Positions 42,801-59,400 of a stretch of DNA of 64,000 nucleotides are shown here, piece after piece; position 1 is the first letter of the stretch, and the number at the start of each line of letters is the position of its first letter. Origin of the DNA: the human T2T-CHM13v2.0 reference genome, Homo sapiens; the NCBI GenBank assembly GCA_009914755.4, contig CP068257.2, forward strand, positions 10,304,001 to 10,368,000. Direction: 5' to 3'. The notes under the pieces were generated by a model. It was not told the origin of the DNA. It worked only from the letters and a program-made list of their open reading frames with translations, and made no database searches. Made by a program: the position numbers and the translations under genes.

Positions 42801-45800
42801 AATTGACGCATCACAAAGAAGTTTCTCAGAATTCTTCTTTCCAGTTTTAATGTGAAGATATTTCATTTTCCACCATAGGCCTCATAGCACTCCAAATGTA
42901 CAATTGCAGATTCTACAAAATGAGTGTTTCCAAACTGCTCCATCAAAAGAAAGTTTTAAAACTGTGAGATGAATGCACATATCACAAATAAGTTTATCAG
43001 ACTGCTTTTGTCTACATTTTATGTGAAGATATTCCCTTTTCTATAATAGGCCCCAAACAATTCAAGTGTCCACTTGCAGATTCCACAAAAAGAGTGTTTC
43101 CAAACTGCTCAATTAAATGTAAGATTCAACTCTGTGAGATGAATGAACACATCACAAAGAAGTTTCTCAGAAATCTTCTGTCTCGTTTTTTATGTGAATA
43201 TACTTCCTTTTCCACCATAAGCCTCAAGGCGCTACAAATGTCCACTTGCAGATTCTATAAAAAGAACTTTTCAAAACTTCTCAATCATAAGAATGGTTCA
43301 ACTCCGTGAGATGAATGCACACATCAGTAAGTAGTTTCTCAGATTCCTTCTGTCTAGATTTCATGGGAAGATGTTTTCTTTTCTAGCATGGGCCACAAAG
43401 CGATCCAAATATCCACTTGCAGATTCTACTAAAAGAGTGTTTCCCAACTGCTCAATCAAAAAAAAGGTTCAACTCTGTGGAATTAAATCACACATCACAA
43501 AGAAGTTTCTCAGAATTCTTCTGTCTAGTTTTTATGTGAAGATATTTCATTTTCGACCATTGGCCTCAAGGCGCTCGAAATGCCCACTTGCAGATACTAC
43601 AAAAAGAATATTTCAAAACTTGTCCATGAAAAGTAAGGTTCAACTCTGTGAGATGCATGCACACATCACAAAGAAGTTTGTCAGAATTCTTCTATCTAGT
43701 TTTGATTTGAAGATATTACCTTTTCCACCATAGGCCTCAAAGTGCTCCACTTCCAGATTCTACAAGAAGAGACTGAAGAGAGTTTCAAAACTGCTCTATC
43801 AAAAGAAAGTTTTATCTCTGTGAGATGAATGCATACATCACAACGAAGTTTTTTCAGATTTCTTTTGTCTAGATTTTATGTGAAGATATTTCCTTTTCTA
43901 CCATAGGCCACAAAGCGGTCCAAATTCCCACTTGCACATTGTACAAAAAGAGTGTTTCCCAACTGCTCAATCAAAATAGAGGTTCAACTCTGTGAGATGA
44001 CTGCACGCATCACAAAGCAGTTTCTCAGAATTATTCCATATAGTTTTTATGTGAATATATTTCATTTTCGACCATAGGCCTCAAGGCGCTCGAAATGCCC
44101 ACTTGCAGATTCTACAAAAAGAATATTTCAAAACTGGTCCATCAAAAGTAAGGTCCTACTCTGTGAGATGTAAGCACCCATCACAAAGAGGTTTTTCTGA
44201 ATTTTTCTGTCCAGTTTTTATGTGAAGATATTAACCTTTTCTACCATAGGACTCAAGGCGCTCCACTTGTAGATTCTACAAAAAGAGAGTTTCAAAACAA
44301 CTCTATCAAAAGAAAGGTTTAACACTGTGAGATGAATGCATACATCACAGAGAAGTTTCTCAGATTCCTTCTGTCTAGATTTTGTGTGAAGATATTTCCT
44401 TTTTTACCAGAGGTCTCAATGTGCTCCAAATATCCACTTGCAGATTCTACAAAAAGAATGTTTCCAAACAGCTCTATCAAAAGAAAAGTTCAACTCTGTG
44501 AGATGAATGCACACATCACAAAGAAGCTTCTCAGAATTCCCTGTCTAGTTTTTATGTTCCTTTTCCACCTTAGCTCTCAAAGCACTACAAATGTGCACTT
44601 GCAGATTCTACAAAAAGGAGTTTGAAAACTGCTCAATCAAAACCAAGTTTTAAATCTGTGAGATGAATGCACACATCACAAAGAAGTTTCTCTGATTGCT
44701 TCTGTCTAGATGTTATGTGAAGATATTTCCTTTCCTACCATAGGCCACAAAGCACTCCCAATGTCCAATTGCAGGTTCTACAAAAAGAATATTTCCAAAC
44801 TGCTTCATCAAATGAAAGTTTCAACTCTGTTAGATGAATGCACACATCACAGAGAACTTTCTCAGAATTCTTCTGTCTACTTTTTATGTGAAGATATTTC
44901 CTTTTCTACCATAGGCCGCAAAACGCTCCAAATGTCCACTTGCAGATTCTACAAGAAGTGTTTTCAAACTGCTCAATCAAAAGAAAGTTTCAACTCTGTG
45001 AGATGAACGCACACATCACAAAGAAGTTTCCCAGGTTGCTTCTGTCTAGATTTTATGTGAAGATATTTCCTTTTCTTACATAGGCCAAAAAGCACTCCAA
45101 ATGTCCACTTGCAGATTCTACAAAAGGAGAGTTTCAAAACTGCTCTATCAAAAGAAAGGTTTAAGTCTGTGAGATGAATTCACACATCACAAAGAAGTTT
45201 CTCAGGTTGCTTCTGTCTAGTATTTATGTGATATTTCCTTTTCTACCATGGGCCACAAAGAAATCGAAATGTCTACTTGCACATTCTACAAAAAGTGAGA
45301 TTCAAATCTGCACTATCAAAAGAAAGGTTTAACTCTGTGAGATGAATGCCCACAACACAAGGAAGTTTCTCAGATTTCTTCTGTCTAGATTTTATGTGAA
45401 GATATTTACTTTTTTACAATAGGCCGCAAAGCGCTCCAAATGTCCACTTGCAGATTCTACAAAAAGAGTGTTTCCCTACTGCTCTATCAAAGAAAGTTTC
45501 AACTCTGTAAGATGAAGGCACACATTATGAAGTAGTTTCTGAAATTTCTTCTGTATAGTTTTTATGTGAAGATATTTCCTGTTCCACCATAGGCCCCAAA
45601 GCATTCCAAATATACAGTTGCAGATTCTACAAAAAGGGAGTTTCAAAACTGCTCAATCAAAAGTAAGATTTAACTCTGTGAGATGAACACACACATTACA
45701 AAGAAGTTTCTAAGATTGCTTCTGTCTATATTTTATGTGAAGATATTTCCTTTTCTACCATAGGCCACAAAGTGCTCCAAATGTCCACTAGCAGATTCTA

Positions 45801-47656
45801 CAAAAAGAGTGTTTCCAAACTGCTCAATCAAAAGAAAGGTTCAACTCTGTGACATGAACCCTCACATTGCAAAGACATTTCTCAGAATTTTTCTGCCTGG
45901 TTTTTATGTGAAGATATTTCCTTTTCCATGATAGGCTTCAAAGCGCTCCAAATGTCCACTTGCAGATTCTACAAAAAGAGAGTTTCAAAACTCCTCAATC
46001 AAAAGAAAGCTTTACCTCTTTGAGATGAATGCTCACATCACAAAGAAGTTTCTCAGATTGCTTCTGTCTAGATTTTATTTGAAGATATTTCCTTTTCTGC
46101 CATAGGACACAAAGTTCTCCAAATGTCCACTTGCAGATTCTACAAAAAGAGTGTTTCCATACTGCTCAATCTAAAGAAAGGTTCAACATTGTGAAATGAA
46201 TGCACACTTCACAAAGAAGTTTCTCAGAATTCTACTGTCTAGTTTTTATGTGAAGATATTTCCTTTTCCACCATTGGCCACAAAGCACTCCTAATGTCCA
46301 TTTGCAGATTCAAATAAAAGAGATTTTCAAAACTGCTCAATCAAAAGAAATTTTTATCTCTGTGAGATGAATGCACCCATCACAAAGAAGTTTCTCAGAT
46401 TGCTTCTGTCTAGATTTTATGTGAAGATATTTCCTTTTCAACCATAGGCCACATAGCGCTCCATATATCTACTTGCAGATTATACAAAAAGAGGGTTTCT
46501 GAACTGCTCAATCAAAAGTAAGATTCAACTCCATGAGATGAACGCACACATCACAAAGATGTTTCTCAGAATTCTTCTATCTAGTTTTTATGCGCAGATA
46601 TTTCCTTTTCTACCATAGGCCACAAAGTTCTCCAAATGTCTACTTGTAGATTCTATCTGCAAGTTTTATCTCTGTGAGATGAATGCATACATCTCATTTT
46701 AGAAAAAGAGAGTTTCTAAACTGCTCAATCAAAAGAAAGGTTTAACTCTGTGACATGAATGCACACATCACAAAGTAGTTTCTCAGTTTGCTTCTGTCTG
46801 GAATTTATGTGAAGATATTACGTTTTCTACCATAGGCCACAAAGCGCTCCAAATGTCCACTTGCAGTTTCTACAAAAAGAGTGATTCCAAACTGCGCAAT
46901 CAAAAGAAAGGTTCAAATCTGTGAGATGAACGCAGATATCACAAAGAAGTTTCTCAGAATTCTTCTGTCTGGTTTTTATGTGAAGATATTACCTTTTCCA
47001 CCATAGGCCTCAAAGCGCTTCAAATGTACACTTGCAGATTCTACAAAAGGGAGTTTCTAAACTGCTCAATCAAAAGGAAGTTTTAGCTGTGTGAGTTGAA
47101 TGCACACATCACAAAGAAGTTTCTGAGACTGCTTCTGTCTAGGTTTCATATGAAAAAACTTCCTTTTGTACCATAGGCCACTGAGCGCTGCAAATGTACA
47201 CTTGAAGATTCTACACTAAGAGTGTTTCCAAACTGCTCCATCAAAAGAGAGGTTCAACTCTGTGAAATGAACGCACACATCACAAAGAAGTTTATCGAAA
47301 TTCTTCGGTCTAGTTTTTATGTTGAAGATATTACCTTTTCCACCATAGGCCTCAAAGTGCTCCAATGTACACTTGCAGATTCTACAAAAAGAGAGTTTCA
47401 AAATTGCTCTATCAAAAGAAAGGTTTAAGTCTGTGATACCAATGCACATATTACAAAGAAGTTTCTCAGATTGCTTCTGTCTAAATTTTATGTGAAGATA
47501 TTTCCTTTTCTACCATAGGCCGCAAAGCACTCTAAATGTGCACCTGCAGATTCTACAAAAAGAGTATTTCCAAACTGCTCAATCAAAAGAAAGGTTGAAC
47601 TCTGTGAGGTGAACGCACACATCACAAAGAAGTTTCTCAGAATTTTTCTGTCAAGT
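39801..47656 (-). repeat. Alpha satellite, dimeric family D2 (alternating X/Y monomers, aatgtccacttgcag type), B orientation
   Basis: From about 40.2 kb there is strict alternation with a period of about 340 bp. Monomer X: ...agagagtttcaaaactgctctatcaaaagaaaggtttaactctgtgagatgaatgcacacatcacaaagaagtttctcagattgcttctgtctagattttatgtgaag... Monomer Y: ...agagtgtttccaaactgctcaatcaaaagaaaggttcaactctgtgagatgaacgcacacatcacaaagaagtttctcagaattcttctgtctagtttttatgtgaag... Confidence 0.88.
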
Positions 47657-47689
47657 TTTTTTTTTTTAAAGAGCAGTTTGGGTTTTATT

Positions 47690-47752
47690 TCTTTTCTTTA
47701 TGTTCATAGATTTATTTATTTATTTTATTTATTTACTTATTTATTATTATAC
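47690..47752. repeat. (TTTA)n / T-rich simple repeat, i.e. the degenerated L1 poly-A tail
   Basis: tttatttcttttctttatgttcatagatttatttatttattttatttatttacttatttatt. Confidence 0.7.
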
Positions 47753-47950
47753 TTTAAGTTTTAGGGTACATGTGCACAATGTGCAGGTTAGCTACATATG
47801 TTTACATGTGCCATGCTGGTGCGCTGCACCCACTAACTCATCATCTATCATTAGGTGTATATCCCAGTGGTATCCTTCACCCATCCCACCACCCCACAAC
47901 AGTCCCCAGAGTGTGATGTTCTGCTTCCTGTGTTTATGTGTTCTCATTGT

Positions 47951-50973
<3,023 letters not shown>

Positions 50974-50976
50974 TTA

Positions 50977-51252
<276 letters not shown>

Positions 51253-51841
51253 TCAGCTTGGTGCAGAGCTGAGTTCAATTCCTGGGTATCCTTGTTGACT
51301 TTCTGTCTTGTTGATCTGTCTAATGTTGACAGTTTAGTGTTAAAGTCTCCCATTATTAATGTGTGGGAGTCTAAGTCTTTTTGTAGGTCAGTCAGGACTT
51401 GCTTTATGAATCTGGGTGCCCCTGTATTGGGTGCATATATATTTAGGATAGTTAGCTCTTCTTGTTGAATTGATCCCTTTACTATTAAGTAATGGCCTTC
51501 TTTGTCTCTTTTGATCTTTGTTGGTTTAAAATCTGTTTATAAGAGACTAGGATTGCAATCCCTGCCTTTTTTTGGTTTTCATTTGCATGGTAGATCTTCC
51601 TTCATCCTTTTATTTTGAGCCTATGTGTGTCTCTGCACATGAGATGGGTTTCCTGAATATAGCATACTGATGAGTCTTGACTCTTTATCCAGATTGCCAG
51701 TCTGTGTCTTTTAATTGGAGTATTTAGTCCATTAATATTTAAAGTTAATATTGTTATGTGTAAATTTGATCCTGTCCTTATGATGTTAGCTGGTTATTTT
51801 GTTCGTTAGTTGATGCAGGTTCTTCCTAGTCACGATGGCCT

Positions 51842-52957
51842 TTACATTTTGGCATGATTTTGCCACGGCTGGTACCGGTTGTTCTTCTCCATATTTAGTG
51901 CTTCCTTAAGGAGGTCCTTTTGGGCAGGCCTGGTGGTGACAAAATCTCTCAACATTTGCTTGTCTGTAAAGTATTTTATTTCTCCTTCACTTATGAAGCT
52001 TAGTTTGGCTGGATATGAAATTCTGGGTTGAAAATTATTTTCTTTAAGAATGTTGAATATTGGCCCCCACTCTCTTCTGGCTTGTAGAGTTTCTGCCGAG
52101 AGATCTGTTGTTAGTCTGATGGGCTTCCCTTTGAGGGTAACCCAACCTTTCTCTTTGGCTGCCCTTAACATTTTTTCCTTCATTTCAACTTTGGTGAATC
52201 TGACAATTATGTGTCTTGGAGTTGCTGTTCTCGAGGAGTATCTTTGTGGTGTTCTCTATATTTCCTGAATCTGAATGTTGGCCTGCCTTGCTAGATTGGG
52301 GAAGTTCTCCTGGATAATATCGTGCAGAGTGTTTTCCAACTTGGTTTCATTCCCCCCATCACTTTCAGGTACACCAATCAGACGTAGATTTGGTGTTTTC
52401 ACATAGTCCCATATTTCTTGGAGTCTTTACTTATTTCTTTTTATTCTTTTTTCTCTAAATTTCCTTTCTTGCTTCATTTCATCCACTTCATCTTCCATTG
52501 CTGATACTGTTTCTTCCAGTTGATCACATCAGCTCCTGAGGCTTCTGCATTCTTCACGTACTTCTTGAACTTTGGCTTTCAGCTCCATCAGCTCCTTTAA
52601 GCACTTCTCTGTGTTGATTATTCTAGTTATACATCCTTCTAAATTTTTTTCAATGTTTTCAACTTCTTTGCCTTTGGTTTGAATGTCCTCCTGTAACTCG
52701 GAGTAATTTGATCGTCTGGAGCCTTCTTCTCTCAGCTAGTCAAAGTCATTCTCCATCCAGCTTTGTTCCGTTGCTGGTGAGGAACTGCATTCCTTTGGAG
52801 GAGGAGAGGCGCTCTGCTTTTTAGATTTTCCAGTTTTTCTGTTTTGTTTTTTCCCCACCTTTGGGTTTTTATCTACTTTTGGTCTTTGATAATGGTGATG
52901 TACAGGTGGGATTTTGCTGTGGATGTCCTTTCTGTTTGTTAGTTTTCCTTCTAACAA
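51842..52957 (-). pseudogene. L1 ORF1 remnant (start codon lost, internal frameshifts)
   Basis: C-terminal piece 51842-52183 and N-terminal piece 52736-52957 (...VGKKQNRKTGKSKKQSASPPPKECSSSPATEQSWMENDFD, where consensus has M instead of V). The middle part is not in a single frame. Confidence 0.85.
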
Positions 52958-53440
52958 ACAGGACCCTCAGCTGCACGTCTGTAGGAGTACCTGGCCGTGT
53001 GAAGTGTCAGTCTGCCCCTGCTGGTTGGGTGCCTCCTAGTTAGGCTGCTCAGGGGTCAGGGGTCAGGGCCCCACTTGAGGAGGCAGTCTGCCCATGCTTA
53101 GATCTCCAGCTGCGTGCTGGGAGAACCACTGCTCTCTTGAAAGCTGTCAGACAGGGACATTTAAGTCTGCAGAGGTCACTGCTGTCTTTTTGTTTATCTG
53201 TGTCCTGCCCCCAGAGGTGGAGCCTACAGAGGCAGGCAGGCCTCCTTGAGCTGTGGTGGGCTCCACCCAGTTCGAGCTTCCCAGCTGCTTTGTTTACCTA
53301 AGCAAGCCTGGGCAATGGCAGGCGCCCCTCCCCTAGCCTCGCTGCCTCCTTGCAGTTTGATCTCAGACAGCTGTGCTAGCAATCAGTGAGACTCCATGGG
53401 CGTAGGAGCCTCTGAGCCAGGTGCGGGATATAATCTCTTC

Positions 53441-56400
53441 ACATAAAATCTAGACAGACACATTCTGACAAACATCTTTGTGATGTGTGCATTCACCTCA
53501 CAGAGTTGAACGTTACTTTTGATTGAGCAGTTTTGAAAAACTCTCTTTGTAGAATCCGCAAGTGGACATTTGGAGCTCTTTGAGGCCTATGGTGGATAAC
53601 GAAATATCTTCGTATAATAAAGAGAAAGAAGCATTCTGAGAAACTTCTTTGTGATGTGTGCACTCATCTCACAGAGTGGAACCTTACTTTTGATTTAGCA
53701 GTGTGGAAACACTCTTTTTCTAGAATCTGCAAGTGGACATTTGGAGCACTTTGAGGCCTATGGTAGAAAAGGAAATATCTTCACATAAAATATAGACAGA
53801 AGCAATCTTGGAAATTTCTTTGTGATGTGTGCATTCATCCCACAGAGTTAAACCTTTCTTTAGATTGAGCAGTTTTGAAACTCTCTTGTATTATCTACAA
53901 GTGGACTTTTTGAGTGCTTTGTGACCTATGGTGAAAAGGAATTAACTTTTCATATATTCTACAAGAAGCAATCTGAGAAACTTCTTTGTGATGTGTGCAT
54001 TCATCTCACAGAGTTAAACCTTTCTTTAGTTTGAGCAGTTTTGGAACAGTCTTTTTGTAGAATCTGCAAGTGGACACTTGTAGTGTTTTGAGGCCTATGG
54101 TAGAAAAGGAAGTATCTTCACATAAAAACTAGACAGAAGAATTCTGAGAAACTTCTTTGTGATGTGTGCATTCATCTCACAGAGTTGAACCTTTCTTTTG
54201 ATTGAGCAGTTTGGAAACACTCTTTTTGCAGAATCTGAAAGTGGACATTTGGAGAGCTTTGCAGCCTTTGGTGGAAAAGGAATTATCTTCACATAAAATC
54301 TAGACAGAAGAAATCTGAGAAACTTCTTTGTGACATGTGCATTCATCTCACAGAGTTAAGCATTTCTTTTGATTGAGCAGTTTTGAAACTCTCTTTTTGT
54401 AGAATCTGCAAGTGGACATTTGGAGCACTTGGGGTCTATGGCGGAGGAGGAAGTATCTTTACATAAAAACTAGACAGAAGAATTTTGTAAAATTTCTTTG
54501 TGAGGTGTGCATTCATCTCACAGAGCTGAAGCTTTCCTTTGATTATGCAGTTTGAAAGCACTCTTTTTGTAGAATCTGCAAGTGGACCTTGGAGTGATTT
54601 GAAGCCTGTGGTAGAACTGGAAATATCTGGACATAACATCGGGACAGAAGCCATCTGAGAAACTTCTTTGTGATGTGTGCTTTCATCTCACTGTGTTAAA
54701 CCTTTCTTTTGGTTGAGCAGTTTTGAAAATCTCTTTTTGTAGAATCTGCAAGTCGGCATTTGGAGCTCTTTGAGGCCTATGGTGGAAAAGGAAATATCTT
54801 CACATAAAAACTAAGTAGAAGCATTCCAAGAAACTTCTTTGTGAAGAGTGCGTTCATCTCCCAGATTGAACCTTTCTTTCGATGGAGCAGTTTTGAAGTA
54901 CTCTTTTGGTAGAATCTGCAACTGGACATTTCGAGTGCCTTGAGGACAATGGTGGAAAATGAAATATCTTCACATAAAAACATCGTCACATGAAAAACTC
55001 AGAAGAATTCTGAGACACTTCTTTGTGATGTGTGCATTCATCTCACAGAGTTGAAACTTTCTTTTGATTGAGCAGTTTGCAAATACTCTTTTTGTAGTAT
55101 CCGCAAATGGACATTTTGAGTGCTTTGCGGCCTATAGTAGAAAAGAAAATGTCATCACATAAAATCTAGACAGAAGCAATCTGAGAAACTTCTTTGTGAT
55201 GCGTGCATTCATCTCACAGAGTTAATCATTTCTTATGATAGAGCAGTTTTGAAGCTCTCTTTTTGTAGAATCTGCAAGTGAACATTTGGAGCGCTTTGAG
55301 GCCTATGGTGGAATAGGTAATATCTTCAGATAAAAACTAGACAGAAGTACTCTGACAAACTTCTTGGTGATTTGTGTGTTCATCTCACAGATTTGAAGCC
55401 TTCTTTGAGCAGTTTTGAAGCCCTCTTTTTGTAGAATCTCTAAGTGGACATTTGGAGCTCTTTGCAGCCTTAGGTAGAAAAGGAAATATCTTCACATAAA
55501 ATCCAGACAGAAGCAATCTGAAAATCTTCTCTCTGATGTGTGCATTCATCTCACAGAGTTAACCCTTTCTTTTGATTGAGCAGTTTTGAAACTCTCTTTT
55601 TTAGAATCTGCAAGTGGATATTTGGGGCGCTTTGAGGCCTATTGCGGAAAAGGAAATATCTTCACATAAATACTAGATAGAAGCATTCTGAGAAACTACT
55701 TTATGATGTGTCTATTCATCTCCCAGAGTTGAACATTTCTTTTGATGGACCAGTTTTGAAATACTCTTTTTGTAGAATCGGCAAGTGGACTTTTGGAGCA
55801 CCTTGAGGCTTAAGGAGGAAAATGAAATATCTTCACATAAAAACTAGACAGAAGAATTCTGAGAAACTTCTTTGTTATGTGTGAGTTCATCTCACAGAGT
55901 TGAAACTTTCTTTTGATTCAGCATTTTGGAACCACTCTTTTTGGAGAATCTGCACGTGGACATTTGGAGCTCTTTGCGGCCTATGGTAGAAAAGGAAATA
56001 TTTTCACATAAAATCAAGACTGAAGCAATCTGAGAAACTTCTTTGTGATGTTTGCATTCATCTCTCAGAGTTAAACCTTTTTTTCTGATAGACCAGTTTT
56101 GAAATACTCTTCTTATAGGATCTGCAAATGGACAATTCGAGTGCCTGGAGGCCTTTGGTGAAAAATGAATTATCTTTACATAAAAACTAGAGAGAAGAAT
56201 TCTGAGAAACTTCTTTGTGATATAAGCGTTCCTCTCACAGAGTTAAACCTTTCTGTTGATTGAGCTGTTTAGAAACACTCTTGTTGTAGAATCTACAAGA
56301 GGACATTTGAGTGCTTTGCGGCCTATGGTAGAAAAGGAAATATCTTCACATAAAATCTAGACAGAAGCAACCTGAGAAACTTCTTTGTGATGTGGGAATT

Positions 56401-59400
56401 CATCTCACAGAGTTAAAACTTTCTTTTGATTGAGCAGTTTTGAAACTCTCTTTTTGTAGAATCTTCAAGTGAACATTTGGAACGCTTTGAGGCCTACGGT
56501 GGAAAAGGAAATATCTTCACATACAATCTTGACAGAAGCAATCTGAGAAACTACTTTGTGATGTGTGCATTCACCTCACAGAATTAACCCTATCTTTTGA
56601 TTGAGTAGTTTTGAAACTCTCCTTTTGTAGAATCTGCAAGGGGACCTTAGGAGTGCTTTGAGGCCTATGGTGGAAAAGGAAATATATTAACATAAAAACT
56701 AGATTGAAGCATTCCAATAAAGTTCTTTGTGATGTGTGCATTCATCTCCCAGTGTTGAACCTTTCTTTTGATGGAAAAGTTTTGAAATACTCTTTTTGTA
56801 GAATCTGCAAGTAGACATTTGGAGTGCTTTGAGGTCTATGGTGGAAAGGGAAGTATCTTCACATAAAAACTAGACAAAAAAATTCTGGGAAACTACCTTG
56901 TGATGTGTGTGTTCATCTCACAGTTTTGAAACTTTCTTTTGATTGAGCAGTTTGGAAACACTCTTTTTGTGGAATCTGCAAGTGGACATTTGGAGCTCTT
57001 TGCAGAGTATAGCAGCAAAGGAAATAACTTCACATAAAATCTATGCAGAAGCAATATGAGAAATTCCTTTGTGATGTGTGCCTTCATCTTACAGAATTAA
57101 CTATTATTTTGATTGAGCAGTTTTGAAACTCTCTTTTTGTAGAATCTGCAAGTGGACATTTGGAGCGTTTTGAGTCCTATGGTGGAAAAGGAAGTATCTT
57201 CACATAAAAACTAGATAGAAGAATTCTGAGAAATTTCTTTGTGAAGTGTGTGTTCACCTCACACAGTTGAAACTTTCTTTTGATTGAGCAGTTTGGAAAC
57301 ACTCTTTTTAAAGAATCTGCAAGTGGACATTAGGAGCGCTTTATGGTCTATGGTAGAAAAGGAAATGTATTCACATAAAATCTAGACAGAAGCAATACGA
57401 GAAACTACTTTGTGATGTGTGCATTCATGTCACAGAGTTAAACCTTTGTTTTGATAGAGTAGTTTTGAAACTCTCTTTTTGTAGATTCTGCTAGTGGACA
57501 TTTGGAGCACTTTGAGGTCTATGGTGGAAAAGGAAATATCTTCACATGAAATCTAGACAGAAGCAATCTGAGAAACTTCTTTGTGATGTGTGCATTCATC
57601 TCACCGAGTTAATCCTTTCTTTCGATTGAGCAGTTCTGAAACACTTTTTTTATAAAATCTGCAAGTGGATATTTGTAATGCTTTCAGGCCTATGGTGGAA
57701 AAGCAAATATCTTCACATAAAAACTAGATAGAAGCATTCAGAGATACTTCTTTGTGATGTGTACATTCATCTCCAAGAGTTGAAACTTTCTTTTGAAGGA
57801 CCAGTTTTGGAATACTGTTTTTGTAGAATCTGCAAGTGGACATTTCGAGTACCTTGAGGCCTAAGGTGGAAAAGGAAATATCTTCACATAAAAACTAGAC
57901 AGAAGAATTCAGAGAAACTTCCTAGTGATGTGTGCATTCATTTCCCAGAGTTGAAACTTTGTTTTGATTGAACAGTTTGGAAATAGTCTTTTTCTACTAT
58001 CTGCAAGTGTATATTTGGAGCACTTTGTGGCCTGAGGTAGAAATGGAAATATCTTCACATAAAATCTAGACAGAAGCAACCTGAAAAACTTCTTTGTGAT
58101 TTTTGCATTCATCTCCAAAGTTAACCATTTCTTTTGATTGAGCACTTTTGAAACTCTCTTTTTGTGGAATATACAAGTGGACATTTGGAGCGCTTTGAGG
58201 ACTATGGTGGAAAAGGCAATATATTCACATAAAAACTAGAAAGAAGCATTCGTAGAAACTACATTGTGACGTGTAAATTCGTCTCCCACAGTTGAAACTT
58301 TCTTTTGATGGACCATTTTTGAAATACTCTCTTTGTAGAATCTGCAAGTGGACATTTGGAGTGCCTTGAGGCCTATTGGGGAAAATGAAATATCTTCACA
58401 TAAACACTAGACAGGAGAATTCTGAGAAACTTCTTTGTGGTGTGTGATTTCATCTCGCACAGTTGAACCTTTCTTTTGATTGAGCAGTTTGGAAGCACTC
58501 TTTTTGTAGAATCTGCAAGTGGACATTTGTAAACTTTGTGGCCTATGATAGAGAAGGAAATAACTTCACATAAAATCTAGACAGAGCAGTCTGAGAAAAT
58601 TATTTGTGATGTGTGCATTCATCTCACAGAGTGAAACCCTTCTTTTGATTGAGCAGCTTTAAAACTCTCTTTTTGTAGGATCTGCAAGTGGACTTTTGGA
58701 GAGCGTTGAGGCCTATGATGGAAAAGGAAATATCTTCACATAAAAAATACACAGAAGTATTCTGAGAAACTTCTTTGTGATGTGTGCTTTCACCTCACAG
58801 AGTTGAACATTTCTTTTGATTGAGCAGTTAAGAAACTCTCTTTTAGTTGAATCTGCAATTTGACTTTGGGAGTGCTGTGAGGCCTTAGGTGGAAAAGGAA
58901 ATATCTTCACATAAAAACTAGACAGAAGAATTCTGAGAAACTTCTTTGTGATGTGTGCATTCATTTCACAGAGTTAAACCTTCTTTTGATTGAGCAGTTT
59001 TGAAACACTCTTATTGTAGAATCTATGTGTGGCCATTTGGAGCGCTTTGCATCCTACGGTAGGAAAGGAAATATCTTCACATAAAATCTAGACAGAAGCA
59101 ATCTGAGAAAATTCTTTGTGATGTGTGCATTCATCTCACAGAGTAAAAGCTTTCTTTTGATTGAGCAGTTTTAAAACTCTCTTTTTGTAGAATCTGCAAG
59201 TGGACATTTGGAGCGCTTTGAGGCCTATGGTGGAAAATGAAATATCTTCACACAAAAACTAGACAGAAAAATTCTGAGAAACTTCTTTGTGATGTGTGCA
59301 TTTATCTCACAGAGTTAACCGTTTCTTTTGATTGAGAACTTTGGAAACTCTCTTTTTGCAGAACCTGCAAGTGGACATTTGGAGCGCTTTGAGGCTTATG

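Noticed and set aside
46640-46700. Local scramble within a D2 monomer (ttctatctgcaagttttatctctgtgagatgaatgcatacatctcattttagaaaaagagagtttctaaa)
   Set aside because: It appears to be a small internal deletion or partial-duplication of about 30 bp within one monomer. This is ordinary satellite microvariation, not a distinct element.
47671-47690. The string gagcagtttgg inside the L1 poly-A tail region, identical to an A-orientation alpha-satellite motif (possible 3' transduction or template switch)
   Set aside because: It is only 11 bp of identity embedded in T-rich tail sequence. That is far too short to distinguish from chance.
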